The translations under genes were made by a program, and so were the position numbers. A DNA stretch of 63,936 nucleotides, filler included, from Saprolegnia diclina VS20 (taxonomy: Eukaryota), in the NCBI RefSeq assembly GCF_000281045.1. It is 6 parts of 2 records of this genome, joined end to end, with 100 filler letters (N's around TTAATTAATTAA, not from the genome) between each part and the next. Parts side by side here need not be neighbours in the genome. Positions count along the whole stretch, not along the records: positions 13,051 to 28,257 come from NW_008246114.1; positions 28,358 to 41,625 come from NW_008246114.1; 4 more parts are not named here. The stretch is one strand, 5' to 3'. The notes beneath the pieces are model-generated. The model worked only from the letters and a program-made list of their open reading frames with translations, searched no databases and was not told where the DNA came from. Below, piece by piece: positions 23,901 through 36,149 of this stretch (position 1 is the stretch's first letter; every line of letters starts with the position of its first letter).

Positions 23901-26900
23901 GGAACCGTCGCTATGGCGCGTTTCGGAGCCGCTCCTCGGCGCGGTCTTGGGCGACACCAAGTCGCCAAAACTCGCACGGGTCTACGGGTTGCTGGAGCAC
24001 TACTGCGCTGCTGTCGACCGCCAAAATATCGACGCGTCGTCAGAGACGATCCCGTACTATCGCGCGGACGTTGTCCCTGCCAATGGTATAGTTGCAAGCC
24101 CAAGATCCATGTCAAGTGACGTATGTGATCTAGCATCCTGGGTGCAGTGGAAAATGGTGTATACAACCTGGAGTCTCTGGTTTGAGCTCGTGACGATCGG
24201 ACCCGCGTCCGTAAAGGCATCGCTCAAGGCCCGCATCCAAATTGTGCACGCGCTAAGTACAACGTGTTCTGTCGACTCGGAATTACACTAATATCGTGTC
24301 CTTCATGTAGGCCATCTCTACTACCAGAGTCCAGAGACAACGGCGCAAGCATGGGTGACCGGTGTCCCGCTACCGCTTCTCCTCTCGCAACTCCTTCGCG
24401 ACCACGAGATTCTCGTAGTTCCTCTTTTACGATCCATGGATGCCAAAATACTGTATACTAGATGCTTGAGGCGACATTGACGCTGGTCGAAGTCATTCTC
24501 CACACGCCGACCTCGCTAGCGCAACGAGATCTCGCCGACGCCATTGCCTCGACGCCGGTCGTGCTGCAGGCGCTCGTGATGGTTGCCACTCGGTGCTTGC
24601 GTCAGATCCAACTGCACCCGCTTGCACAGACGACGGTGTTTCAACACGTTCTCATGTTGGTTGTTGCGATATTATCGCATATGGTCACCGGTGGTGCGCG
24701 GCTCACGCGCTGTTGGCCGTCGGCGCACATTGTGCGTTTCCTCCGACGCCACAAGGTACACGAGTCGAATCATCGCACAAGATATGATGTATGGCGTAGA
24801 TGCCGCCGCTGCTTCTGCGCCCGTACCGCGATGCCGCGTACCCACATGTATTGCGGTGCCAACCTATGGCCAAGCCCGACGCGGACTGCGCATTTCGCCG
24901 CATTTTGGACCGCCTCGAGAGCCAGCACCACCTCCATTTACTGCCAGATCAAAACCCGACGACGCTCGACGACCTCGTGCACCGGGGTACGGACATTGAC
25001 GCGTACAACGGCACCTTTCAAGAGCAACGGGCGCTGCTTCTCGAGTTGAAAGCCACATATGGCTACCACAAGACGCTCGGCAGTGATTCGCTCGCCGAAT
25101 TTGCGCATTTGATCGAGCGTTTGGTGCCCTGGATGCACCGGGCGTGGGCTCAAGTCGCTCTACGGACGCCGTCGCGCTTGACGTCCGATCAGATCGACGT
25201 CGTATTGGCCAGCGTCGCCGTCCTCGAAGAGATTGCGACATCAGCGCCAGTACCACCGATGCTAGAACGGGCGTTGACGTCGGCGGTCGACGGTATCTGG
25301 GACGCCATGGCCACGCACACGGCGTCATCGTCGTCATTGCCGTCGCACGTCGTCTCGTTGCATAAATCGATCGTATCGACGATGGTGGCAAGTCACCGAT
25401 GGCTCTCACCTCTGGCACCAGCGTCGGTGACGACGCTACTTGATCCGACGCTTAGTGCGTTGGTGCGTTTGGTGTGGCGAGCGTGGATGCAGGCGACAGA
25501 CCCGAATGTCCCGATAGCGATTGTAGCGAGTGGCGCCTGTCGTCGCATCGTGCTCGACTGGAGCCTCGGCGCCGACGCGGACCTCGGGTTGCAACTGGTG
25601 CTGGCAACCGTGACCGATGCCGTCGACAATTCGATTCCCGTCGAAATGGCCAAGCTATACACCAAGTATGCAACCGCATGGCTCTCGCGTCGTCAGGAAA
25701 TGCGGCTGTGGCAACTCATCGCCTGTCTCTCCAAATGGCACAAGCCGCTTGCCGCGCAACTGGCAACCACCGGCGACCTTCCGCACTGGGTCCTAACATT
25801 TCATCAAACGGGGCGACTCCCGCTGGACAAGTCGCTTGACCACGACGTGACGACATTTTGGCGACAGTGGGCTCGCGGGATCCCCACAACGACTGCAGCC
25901 TCGGTGCCATCGTCGCCAGCGGCAACGGCAACGGTGACGGCCTCACCGACGCGTCCTCTGTCGACGTCAGCTCCACTGACAATCGAGATCCCTCCCCGTC
26001 CAGGGTCCCCACAGAAGAAAAGTCCGTCGCCTCCGCCTCGAAAACCAACGATGCACTCGGACGATCCAGCAACAACAACGTGGCCGCGTGTCATCTTGTC
26101 GCCCGTGTCCGAGGTGCCAACATCACAAACGCTCTCGGTCCACGACGTCGTCCAGTCGTTCTGCAAGGCAGTGGGATTGCAACTGCCCGAGTGTCGACTT
26201 GTCGAGCTCGCCGACGCGGCTTTGTCCAAAGCGCGCTGGACCTTCTGCATCAATCCGGCCAACACCCGCGCTCTCGCTGCTACTCGAGCGCTCGCAGCGT
26301 CGCCTTGGTGCACGCACGGGGTCGTGATCGCGGTGGACCTCGAGTTGCCGGCGCCAGCATCCCCGCCCCGGCGGCCAAATGTGTCGATGGCACAGCTCGT
26401 CGCAGCCATGGGCAACCACATTGCGATTCTAAAAGCATCATTCGATGCGATTCGGCGCGAGAACGATGTGCTTCCGGCACTGTGGGCGTGTCGGGTCAAG
26501 TGCACTCCGAAGCAGTATCAGCAGGCACTTTTGCGCTTGCACATTGGCGGTGCGCCGGCCGAAGCAATCCCGTCATTTGGCTCGTTTGTCCACCTGTACG
26601 CCGACCTCTCGGGACTCTCGTCGCAGATGACCCGTCGCCCCAACCATGTGTACATCATGCAGCACGCACGAGGTCCTACGTCGAGCTGCTGGGAAAGCCT
26701 CTCCAAACCGCTTTTTGAAGCGTGCAAAGCCGTATTTTCGCTACATGCAACAGCAGCCGACGCGACGATGCCATTATCGTCCGTGTACTCGGCGCTATGC
26801 ATGCTCGTACCAGCCCTCGCTACCACCCAAGACGAGGTGCAGGACGTGATCGTAGAGACATCGCGCGCCGAGCTTTGGCGGAGTGCGATTGGCCTTTCCG

Positions 26901-27901
26901 ACTTTGCACTTGTCGTCGGCCACGTCTACGAGGCATTGCAAGATGCGGTGACGCTACCGACACACCCGGTCGTGCCGTTGCCGTCGACGTCGGTGGTGTC
27001 CAATGCCATCGTCGACGACGTTGACACGGTACAGACTCGCGCACCGGTGCGCACGGCCGTTGCAAGCCCCGCGACGCCCTCCAAAGACGATTTGTATTCG
27101 CATCATTCGTCCAGCGACGACAGCGACGATACCAAAGCGGTGCCCAAGAGCAGAGCCAAGGCCACAAACAAGAAGCCTCTGTCCAAGTCCGCTCGTCGCG
27201 GTACCCGTAGCAGTAGCAGCGACAGCGGTAGCAGTGATGATGGTGACACCAAGGCGCGCCGCCGGCCACGACATGTTCAACGCCCGCCGCCACCAATGAC
27301 CAAACCCAGCACGTTGATGCCGCAACCAACACACCGTGAAATGACGCTCCGAGCTGTGTTTGACAAGTATGACGCCGATGGCGATGGTGTCCTTTCGTTT
27401 TCCGACTTGCGAAAGGCGCTTGCGTCCCGGCAGCTGCGCGACGTGGAGATTCGCCAGTGGCTCCTTGAGCACGACACGAGCGGTCACGGTCACGTCTCGT
27501 TCGCCGACTTTGTCAAGCATTACGCAACCCCGACGTCCGTGCATACCTCCACGCCTCCCGCGTCGGCCGTCAAGAGCCCATCGACGGTGACGGCCGAGCT
27601 GTACCGACCACCGCCACCGGGATATGAGAGTGGTAGCTATCGCTTGGGCGGGGCGACGGGGGACGTCGAGCAGCGTCGACAGCTGCGCCGGCTTTTTGAG
27701 GCGTACGACTATGACAGCGACGGCAAGGTCTCGGCGCGGGACCTGCGCACATTCTTTTGCCAACAAGGCCGGACCGACGTGGACGACGACATGATTCAAG
27801 AGTGGATTCTCGCCAAAGACCGCAAGCAACTCGGCGCTGTCGACCTCGAAGACTTTTTAGCGGCCTACGAAGGCACGCACCGCCGGGCCAACCACGGCTA
27901 A
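13051..27901 (+). CDS. Very large multi-exon protein (5'-partial): ~10 Tudor-like repeats, EF-hands, 3-4 PUB domains, propeller-like, pseudokinase-like and helical regions, C-terminal EF-hand pairs
   Basis: Consecutive + strand ORFs join in frame across GT..AG introns (e.g. 14845-14892, 15042-15090, 15424-15484, 16172-16289, 19473-19517, 20268-20310). Not every junction was verified, so it could be 2 or more genes. Stop at 27899-27901. Confidence 0.6.
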
Positions 27902-28647
27902 ATCCGAGCTATAAGCCGCACAGACCAACGACTGGATATAAGAACGTAGTCGATAGTTCTGGACTAGGCATGGATATGGATATGTGGGCGTTTGTTGTCA
28001 GCATTTAACCTTATATGGTGGTGCTATTATCGGCACGAAAGGTTATACGAGAAACCGGACTACATGTAGTAATATGGAACAGGGTACTGTAGGAAAGCCC
28101 GCACTGACATCGCCCATGGCGTGGGCGACAGTGGCGACCCCGACGGAGCTTGTAAAAGCCACTAAAGTACGTCCAAGCGCTGGAGATGGATAGCACAGGC
28201 AAGAGCTCTAGATTGTCCTTACGTTTGCATTCGATGTCTGTGTTTCCAAGCGTAGAANNNNNNNNNNNNNNNNNNNNNNNNNNNNNNNNNNNNNNNNNNN
28301 NTTAATTAATTAANNNNNNNNNNNNNNNNNNNNNNNNNNNNNNNNNNNNNNNNNNNNACACCAGCCTAATCCACCGCTTGAGTCGCACGGCGGAGCTGCA
28401 CGGCGGTGGTCAACTCTAAAGTTAATGTATCGAGATCATACAAACTCATGCACGTGTCGAGTAGTCTAGAGAACTCAATAGCAGGGTACCGCGATGTGTG
28501 TGACGGCGGCCAACAGCAATAATACAGCAGCAGTGCTGGCCTTCCTACGAACTCCATCACAGTGGAGCTGGTATGCCAAGCCGTCGCGATCCACTGTCAT
28601 CCAAAACGGCATTCTGCAGTAATCATGTTGCGTGGTTGCGCTAAAGA

Positions 28648-30154
28648 CTACGTGTTTGTTGTCGCAGGCGCAACAACAACAGGGCTGTGGAGGCGGTATG
28701 ACCAAGTGTCGATGGTGACGCCGGCGGCGCGAGCCTGGGCGACGTGGGGGTCGCTCTCTTCCTTCAAGTACATACGACATTGGGTCGGGAGCAGGACCGA
28801 CACGTTGGTGCACGTTGCGACGGCCTCGAGCAGCGCTTGCACATCGTGGAGATCCATCTTATTGCCATGGAGGGCCAGCTCAAACTTGACGGGGGCGTGC
28901 GTCGCGCGCAATGCCTCGGCCAACGCTTCCACGCCCTTGGATACGATGCCACAGGCGGCAAAGCCCACGTAACGTGCCCCAGCAGGTCGCCGTGACGTCG
29001 ATACTTTGGCCAAAGATCGCGCAATACTTCCACAGAACCGACTCAAGACGCGTCGAGCTCGTGGCCCAAAGGAGTATTGCGTCCAGACACGCGACGGACA
29101 AGCTGACGTTGCAGAACTCGAGCGTGCGAAGGGTCGACGTCAGCGCGGTGGGTGGTCGCATGGCACTCACGCTGACGCAAGCGCTCGTCAATGTGAAATG
29201 CTCGAGGCCCGACAAGTGGGGCAGCGCTGCTGTGATGACGTCGCCGATCTCGGGGCCGTTGGGTACTGCGACGCAAAAGTCAAGTTTTTTCATTCGCTTC
29301 AACGGCAGCAGCGGAACAAGACCCACAATGCTCTCGGCCGAGCACCTGTCAAGAACGAGCTCCGAGAGAGACGCCATTGTCGCGCCGTGGGCGACAAGGC
29401 TGTGGACCACGCTCTCCGACGACTCGAATAAATAAAGGCTCGAGAGCGTTCGGGATGTGGCCAAAGCATGCCCCAGACCCGCGTCCATCGGGATAGCAAC
29501 TTGAAGCAGCGACAAGTGGCGAGCATGACCAGACGCCAGCCAACGTCGCAATGGCGCAATGAGCGCGCGCGCATGGTCGTTGGTGCTGTCGCAGCGGAGG
29601 TCCAGCTCCGAGACACAATGACGTGGCGACGTCACGGTCTCGAGAAGGTCCACGTGGCTGGTCAAGAGCATCGCCTTCTTAAGACGTGAGCAGCGAGCCA
29701 GTACGCGGCCCAACTCACGGCGGTGCTCGAGATCCTTGATGGCGAGGCTGTTCAAGGCCGTCATCTTGGGGGCCCACTTGTTCAGAAACCCGCAAAAGGG
29801 GATTTGGAACCCTGGATCACCGGCTTGCCAGCGACCGCTCGAGCAGACGCCGGCGATGATGGCCGACGGAAAAACAGGTATCGCTGCGCAAATCCAATCG
29901 ATCTCGGTGGCGTGCACGCTGGGGACGCACAGCGTGGGCCAAGCGTACCCCGATCGCAAGCACAGTACGAGTGCTGTCAGCGCTGGGGAGCGCGAGGTCG
30001 CCGGCAGCGCCGCAACGAGCGAGAAGATGTCTCGCCGTTCAGGCGTCAACTGGACGATCGCGATGACGATGCCTGGGATGTCGAGGACGGAGGCTGGCAG
30101 CAGGCGGCGGCGTTGGTGCGCAGGTGCAGGTGGAAGCTGGGTCATCGCGACCAT
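28648..30154 (-). pseudogene. RNI-like leucine-rich repeat protein with a frameshift near 28985
   Basis: LxxLxL repeats (LSSLYL, LSELVL, LEHFTL, LRTLEF). The C-terminal part continues in another frame (ORF 28648-29046) with no obvious intron. Confidence 0.65.
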
Positions 30155-30439
30155 GAACGAGAAATGCGGACGCACTCTGGATTCGGTTAGATATTTCCCG
30201 CTGTCAACGGGTTCTGGCGGAGAAGCATACGCCATGGGATTGGCCAAAAAGAATCATACAACGGACACCGATTGGACCATTTTGCTCCGTGCAGTGCATT
30301 CTTTGGGTCGTGTCCAATCAGAGGCCATGGACGTGGCGCGAATTGTGTTGCGACAGCTGGTCAGCTGCTCGGCTCACGTCGGCGGTCCATGACGAGCCAG
30401 GTGTCCGAGCGACTAGGACAAGCGACCCATGCTACGGTG

Positions 30440-30730
30440 GCCACCACCGCCTGCCACGTCGGCGTGAACCAAGCCAGCTTGCGCTTGTGGCCTCATCGCC
30501 CATCCATCGTCATTGCCTTCTTCTCTGCATACTTGGCGTTGGACGTCGACACTGAAGGTCTTGTAGCCGTCGATCGTGCGCCGCTGGCAGCTCGTCATTG
30601 ACTGCAGTCGCCCAGCACGCACGACCTCCGCATCATCGACCCCAAGTCCCGCACGGCGCTGCCCGACGGCTACAGTGGTGAGATCTGGGTCCACGGCGAC
30701 AGCATCGCCCAAGGCTACTGGCAGCAGTAG
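30440..30730 (+). pseudogene. Fragment of a fatty acyl-AMP ligase / adenylate-forming enzyme
   Basis: HDLRIIDPKSRTALPDGYSGEIWVHGDSIAQGYWQQ* (about 30620-30730) matches the IVDP...GEIWV.G.S.A.GYW motif. Frameshift upstream (LVIDCSRP) and a premature stop. Confidence 0.75.
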
Positions 30731-31296
30731 ACCTCACGCGCCGCGCGAACCTCCGGGAGAAGGCGCTGGGCCTCCACCGCGAGATGAATGACGACTGGCG
30801 GTGTCGCAAACTGCTGCAAGTGCATGTGAAAACACAGCCAATTGCCAGATATGTTGTCCAAGCGCCTCGAGTTGCCTGAGCGCAGGCGACTAGAATGACA
30901 CCGGGATGATGCAGTCGAGGCAGGTTCTGGCAAACGCGGGTCGAGCGGCAGAGCGGTGGTCGAGCGGGCTGATGGCAAAAGCCTTCTTCACCACTGGCTC
31001 ATCCGTGGACGGCGACGCACGTACTCGAGTTGCCATGTGGAGTGTCCATTGTTGCAGTAGCTGCCGCAGAAGGACAGAGCGCGTCGAGGATCGCGATGGT
31101 GCGACGATGCTGGTGCTTGGATCTGTTGCTGGAAGGCAGTCGATGCGCGGTCGCCGCCGCGGCTTCCCACTCGGCTGAGCGTCCCATGCGCATTGGCTTG
31201 CACCACGTTGGTCGCCACTTCGACCCCCACAAAGTTTTGTCAATAATAAACGATTTATTAATTCTTCTTCTATACACCATACAAGCGGCTCTCCGT

Positions 31297-33303
31297 TTAT
31301 CTCGAGTTGGTCGAGCCGTTGCCGCGCTTGCCCGTGTTTTGCCACTTGGCGAGCTTGGGCGTCGCATGACGATCGGCCTCGCCGGCGCGCGCCATCGTGT
31401 TCATCTGGCGCTGCTGCTTCTTCATGAGCTTCATCGACTTCTCGGCCATGGCTTCGTCGCGGAAACCCGACTCGTCGCGGGGCGCCACCATGCTCTGCGA
31501 GCGGCCACGCGACCCGGCGCGGGACTTGCTCGCGCCGCGGGACTTGGACGACCGGCCCATGCTCTGGTCGCGGCCATCGTCGTCGCCGCCTTCCATGTCG
31601 ACGTCTTCCATGCCGGCTTCGTCGCGCGTGCGCTTGCGGCCACGGGCGTCGTCATCAACCGTCTTCTTGGCGGCCTTCTTCTCGGCGTGGTGGACGTGGG
31701 ACGCGTCAACACCCAGCGCCTCGAGGCTCTCCTTGTAGCCGTCGATCGTGCGGCGCTGGAACTTGCGGGGCACCGCGGACCGGTTCTTGTTCTTGTTTTG
31801 GCGGTGCTCGGACACCATGACCGCCTTCTTCTCACGGATGCGGCGCAGCGTGTCCTTGTCGTCGTCGTCAAGGTCGGACACAATGTCCTCGTCCTGGTCC
31901 ATCTCGGCGTCGGCGTCGGCGGCCTCCTCCTCGCGCTCGAGCTCCTCGAGGCGGGCGAGGATGTCCGGGTCGACAAAGTCGGCAATGTTCTTGCCGTTCC
32001 AGATCTCGGGCATGACGTCCTTGGTCCACTCGTTGTTCTTGAGCATGCCTTCGTAGTGCTCCGAGTAGTCCATCGAGTAGACGCCGGCGCCGCCGTTCTC
32101 GTTCATCTTCATCTTCTGCGTCTTGCGGGGCGCCGCGCTCTCGTCGCGGGCCTGGAGCACCGACGCCGGAATCGTCGTCTCGCGCACGACGCTGTCACGG
32201 GCGACGGGCATCGCGACCGTGAGGCGGTTGAGCACGTCGCCGACCTTCTTGCCCTTGACCTTGGTCGAAACGCGGTGGTTGAGGAGCTCGTCGCAAGCGT
32301 AGTTCTTGACGTCCGAGACGTTTTCTTCCGAGTGGTTGGACATGCAGAACATCTTGGCGTTGGCCGTCGAGACCGCGGACTCGATCATGCCACGGTGGTG
32401 CTCGGGCAGGTTCATGTACGGCATCTGGTCGATCTTGTTGCACACAAAGAGAAGCGGCTTGTTGGCGAAGAGCGGGCGGATGTTGGCGAAGAGGCTGAGC
32501 TGCTGCTCGATCGTGAAGCCGCACTGCTCCGAGATGTCCATGAAGAAGAGCACGGACGCCTGCAGATGCGCAAGCGCGGTGACCGCCTGCATTTCGATCG
32601 TGTTGCGCTCCTCAAGCGGGTGATCCAGGATACCGGGCGTATCGATGACCTGCCAGCGGAGGTACTTGTAGTCCATGTGACCGACGTAGAGCGCCTTGGT
32701 CGTGAACGCATACGGCTGCACGTCGACGTCGGCGCGCGTGACCTTGTTCATGAAGCTCGACTTGCCGACGTTGGGAAAGCCGGTCACAAGGAGCGTGCGC
32801 GTGTTCGGGTCGATCGACGGCAGACGCGAGAGATGCTTGCGGACTTCCTCGAGGTAGTCGAGCGACGACTTGTTCTTCTTGAGGAGCGTGCAGATACGAC
32901 CGAGCGCCGCGCGCTTGAGCTGCTTGCAGCGGTAGAGCGTATCACCGTACTTGATCATGCGCACGTAGTCCTTAGCAATGTTGTCGATGAGCGCACGCGC
33001 CGTGTTGATCTGGCCGAGCGCGAGCTTGTAGTGGTCCTTGTCGTACAGGATGTTGATCAGGTCGGCGTAGAACGGGTGGATGTCATCGAGGCGCGGGAAG
33101 TCGTCAATGATCTGGCTCAGCTTCTCCTGGCACGTCTGCTGCGTGAACTTGACCTTGCGCATGTAGAACGCGCGGATGCGCGAGATGGCATACGTCGGGT
33201 GGATGACCGTCGGCGTCTTGCGCTGCGTGCGCGTGAGGATGATGTCGACAAAGTCGCTGGCCGGCGGCACCGTCTGGATCTTCTTGAAGTTGTAGACGAC
33301 CAT
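31297..33303 (-). CDS. NOG1: Nucleolar GTP-binding protein 1
   Basis: MVVYNFKKI start, TQRKTPTVIH, GFPNVGKSS, PYAFTTK, DTPGILD and NKID motifs, and the NOGCT-type GGAGVY...PEIWNGKNIADF region. Confidence 0.97.
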   Translation of the reverse strand: MVVYNFKKIQTVPPASDFVDIILTRTQRKTPTVIHPTYAISRIRAFYMRKVKFTQQTCQEKLSQIIDDFPRLDDIHPFYADLINILYDKDHYKLALGQINTARALIDNIAKDYVRMIKYGDTLYRCKQLKRAALGRICTLLKKNKSSLDYLEEVRKHLSRLPSIDPNTRTLLVTGFPNVGKSSFMNKVTRADVDVQPYAFTTKALYVGHMDYKYLRWQVIDTPGILDHPLEERNTIEMQAVTALAHLQASVLFFMDISEQCGFTIEQQLSLFANIRPLFANKPLLFVCNKIDQMPYMNLPEHHRGMIESAVSTANAKMFCMSNHSEENVSDVKNYACDELLNHRVSTKVKGKKVGDVLNRLTVAMPVARDSVVRETTIPASVLQARDESAAPRKTQKMKMNENGGAGVYSMDYSEHYEGMLKNNEWTKDVMPEIWNGKNIADFVDPDILARLEELEREEEAADADAEMDQDEDIVSDLDDDDKDTLRRIREKKAVMVSEHRQNKNKNRSAVPRKFQRRTIDGYKESLEALGVDASHVHHAEKKAAKKTVDDDARGRKRTRDEAGMEDVDMEGGDDDGRDQSMGRSSKSRGASKSRAGSRGRSQSMVAPRDESGFRDEAMAEKSMKLMKKQQRQMNTMARAGEADRHATPKLAKWQNTGKRGNGSTNSR

Positions 33304-33426
33304 GCTGCCTCGACTCAAATGCGGAAATCTACGCTCCTCAAGCCGCGCCCGCCTATATTTATGACTGGACAACACCTAGCGGCCAACGGTTGGTCCGAGC
33401 GGCCGATATGGGCTGGCGACGAGGCC

Positions 33427-33698
33427 ATTGGCTGGCCTTGCTAGCATTCGCGCGATGCCATTGGCTACCATGTGATGCGCGTGCGCGGATTGGTGGAAAC
33501 GCAATATGGAGTTTTGACCAATGGCCTGCGAGCGGCCCGCGGATTGGCCACATTCACGAGGATGCGCGATCCGAGCGATGGCGATTTCCCGGCGGCGCGC
33601 ATGAAGCGCTTGCGATGGTTGCTGTCGCAAGCGCCAAGGAAGCCGACGACATGGCACTGCGCCGCCCGTAACGACGCTGACAAATGGTCTGCGCCAAT
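33427..33698. promoter_or_regulatory. Cluster of six CCAAT/ATTGG boxes upstream of NOG1
   Basis: ATTGG at 33427, 33460, 33489 and 33543; CCAAT at 33518 and 33694. Confidence 0.55.
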
Positions 33699-34919
33699 GC
33701 TAAAAATGAGGTGCAGCGAGGTGTTCGAGATGTGTTGCGAGCGCCATGCAGCAGCAAGAGGTGCTTGCGAGATAAACGCCACGAGTCAGCTCAAGCGCGA
33801 AGACGCTTGATGAGTTTGGACGGTTCTGGACGTTCCCACTAGCTCGTAGCTGAGTACGGTAGAGTTGCTGAGCGCAGATGGGAGCCCGTTGCAGACGACG
33901 CTAGGAGAAGCAGGACTGTAGTTGGGGTTGAGCCAGCTATTCCTTTGGCTGAGGCGGCGGCACTGGTTAACGGCGGGACGTTGCGACTGCAGCTCGCAGA
34001 ATGAAGCCGCACCATGCGAACGGTAGCACACCCCAGAGATCGAGCAGCAAGATCGTGACGGACAGTGATATCGCTGCGAGAAGGTTCATCTGCACGAGTA
34101 TGCTGCAGTGCAGCGACGGTAACCTGTCGCCCGGCGCCTTGTACACTGCGACCTATTTGTTCGATGGTTCATGCTCCCGTGTAGCAAGGCGATGCTTTTG
34201 ACCGAGCCGCGTTCGCACCTCTTTATTGCTTTGTCAAAGACGCGCGTACGTGCGACAAAAACCAAGCGCAAGAAGGCGACGGGAGCCAGCGCCAAGCGAC
34301 TACTAGTCCCTGCACCCGCCCGAGCCCGAGCCCGTGACGATTGCAGAGGGCGACGACTACGACGTGAGCGACCGAGCACCGCCCGACCCATTCTACGCCA
34401 GTCTCTTCTTCAGTCCCTGGCATCCTTCAGCCTCATTTCCTCACGATCATCCCAAAAATCCGGATTCAACACGAAATGCGATCGATATCATCTTGTACTA
34501 GCTCTACACAGGACATGAAGGTGTTGGTATCGACAGTGGGAACGCGCGGGCGACGACAAGAGCGCCGAGTACGTCGACCCGAGGAGCGCGTCGCGGGACG
34601 GCGACCGCAGGTAGCTCAGCATTGGCGTCTCGTCTTCTTTCTCTTCCATGGGCGGACAAGCGCGGCGTGGAGCTTGGTGACGAGCCCGAACCACAGGATT
34701 CTCTACAAACCGTGGGATATCGCGCTGGCGCTGGAGCAATAAGATGACAATAACGTGTGTGCACTCGTAATTGAGTTTTCTCGTTTCGCTGCTCACACGC
34801 AAGGATGATCGTGACGGCGTCAAGCGATGCTTGTGTGGCACTCGTGGCAGTTGGCGCCACTGCAAAGGCGCCGCGCCGAGTTGGCGGTCCACGCGTGGAC
34901 ACAACCGCGGTGTCGCGTC

Positions 34920-35571
34920 ATAGGTGGCATAGCAAGCGCGCACGTTGGCGCCTGTTGAACCGGCTGGACGCAGAGCACGATTCCGCGCCAGAGCGCCATC
35001 TTGCTTGTCTTGCCGTCAAAGATGTGGTACCCTCGGCCGTCGGACCCGACTTCAGACGCCATCTGCAGTCCAACTGAAGGCCTTTATAGCGCCACTCGCA
35101 CGCAAAAAGCGCTGGTCTGCGCCGCAATGGCCTTGCCACACATCGGGCACCGAGCCATGTCGGCCACAACGTAACTTGACAGGCGAAAAATTCCTCGTGG
35201 TCGTTCGCCCTGCAGTCCTTGTTGACGCACGTACCATGGAGGTTGGGATCGGACTTGAAGCGGCGCCAACGCGGCGCGGCCGACGGGAGTGAGCAGCGTC
35301 CTGGTGTCCACGACGTCGGCAAAGGACGTCGTGGTACCGCCACCGAAAAGGCGGCCGACGAGATGCAGCGTCGCGTCCGATGGTATGTTTCTTCAACAAT
35401 CGCCCGCGCTCGAGCTGGAGGCCGTTGAAAAGCAAGCTGGTCCTTGGGTTGAGCGCCTTTGATTCTGACGATTGCCTGTATCGCCGTGTGAACCAACGCG
35501 TCGAGAGGCAAACCCAGCGCGAACGCTCTTCCCGTCCAACGACGACTTTGGATCGGGGCGATCACGTGCAT
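34920..35571 (-). pseudogene. Degenerate ubiquitin-like domain plus Cys-rich zinc-ribbon gene
   Basis: LFNGLQLERGRLLKKHTI resembles ubiquitin IFAGKQLEDGRTLSDYNI. It is followed by GTCVNKDC, RCPMCGK and CEWRYKG split over different frames. Confidence 0.6.
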
Positions 35572-36149
35572 TATGAGTAGCCCGATCGTGTCGCTGTCAT
35601 CGAGATCTTTGCATTGGAACTAGAGCGCCGAGTTGAGGTGCCAGGCGCATCCTACACCTGGAGCTTGGCGAGAAGGATGACTTTGATGTCGGCGACCGAA
35701 TCTATTCACCATCGCGCGCGGTCTCGTACGAGGTCACGCTCGCACCATAGATATGCTGCGTCGTAACGCGTGCAGCTACGATATATGTACCGGTAAGATC
35801 ATTCAACAGAAATCCCTCAACACATCGTTTTTGACGTAGTTTGGGACGGCTCGAGCGCACTTGCCTTTCATGGCAGCCGAAGTCCGTGGTAGGTTCAGGG
35901 TAGGGGTAGGGTTCGGCTTTGGTCGTTTGGCGGTATATCTACAGTGTTCAACAATGGCTGCTCTGGCAACCTCTGTACACCAGCGACGCCCCCGACGACA
36001 GTGTTCTCCCAACCATTTGCGACCTTGCAGTGGCCAATGTTGTGCCCAAAGTGGGTCCTATCTTGCATATAAATTCATATATTCTGAACGAAACAAAAAT
36101 GGCCGACTTTCGCGTTGTCCACTCGGTTGAGGGACGTGACCTAGGAAGA

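Noticed and set aside
31030..33444. 804-aa + strand ORF, and similar antisense ORFs over the zinc-finger, lectin and MTHFR genes
   Set aside because: These are shadow ORFs caused by GC-rich codon bias opposite well-supported genes.
34515..34560. MKVLVSTVGTRG resembling the glycosyltransferase GT28 N-terminus
   Set aside because: The similarity ends after 12 residues, which is too short to support a call.
35892..35912. Telomere-like TAGGG runs (also ~10060 and ~54950)
   Set aside because: Only 2-3 degenerate units, no array.
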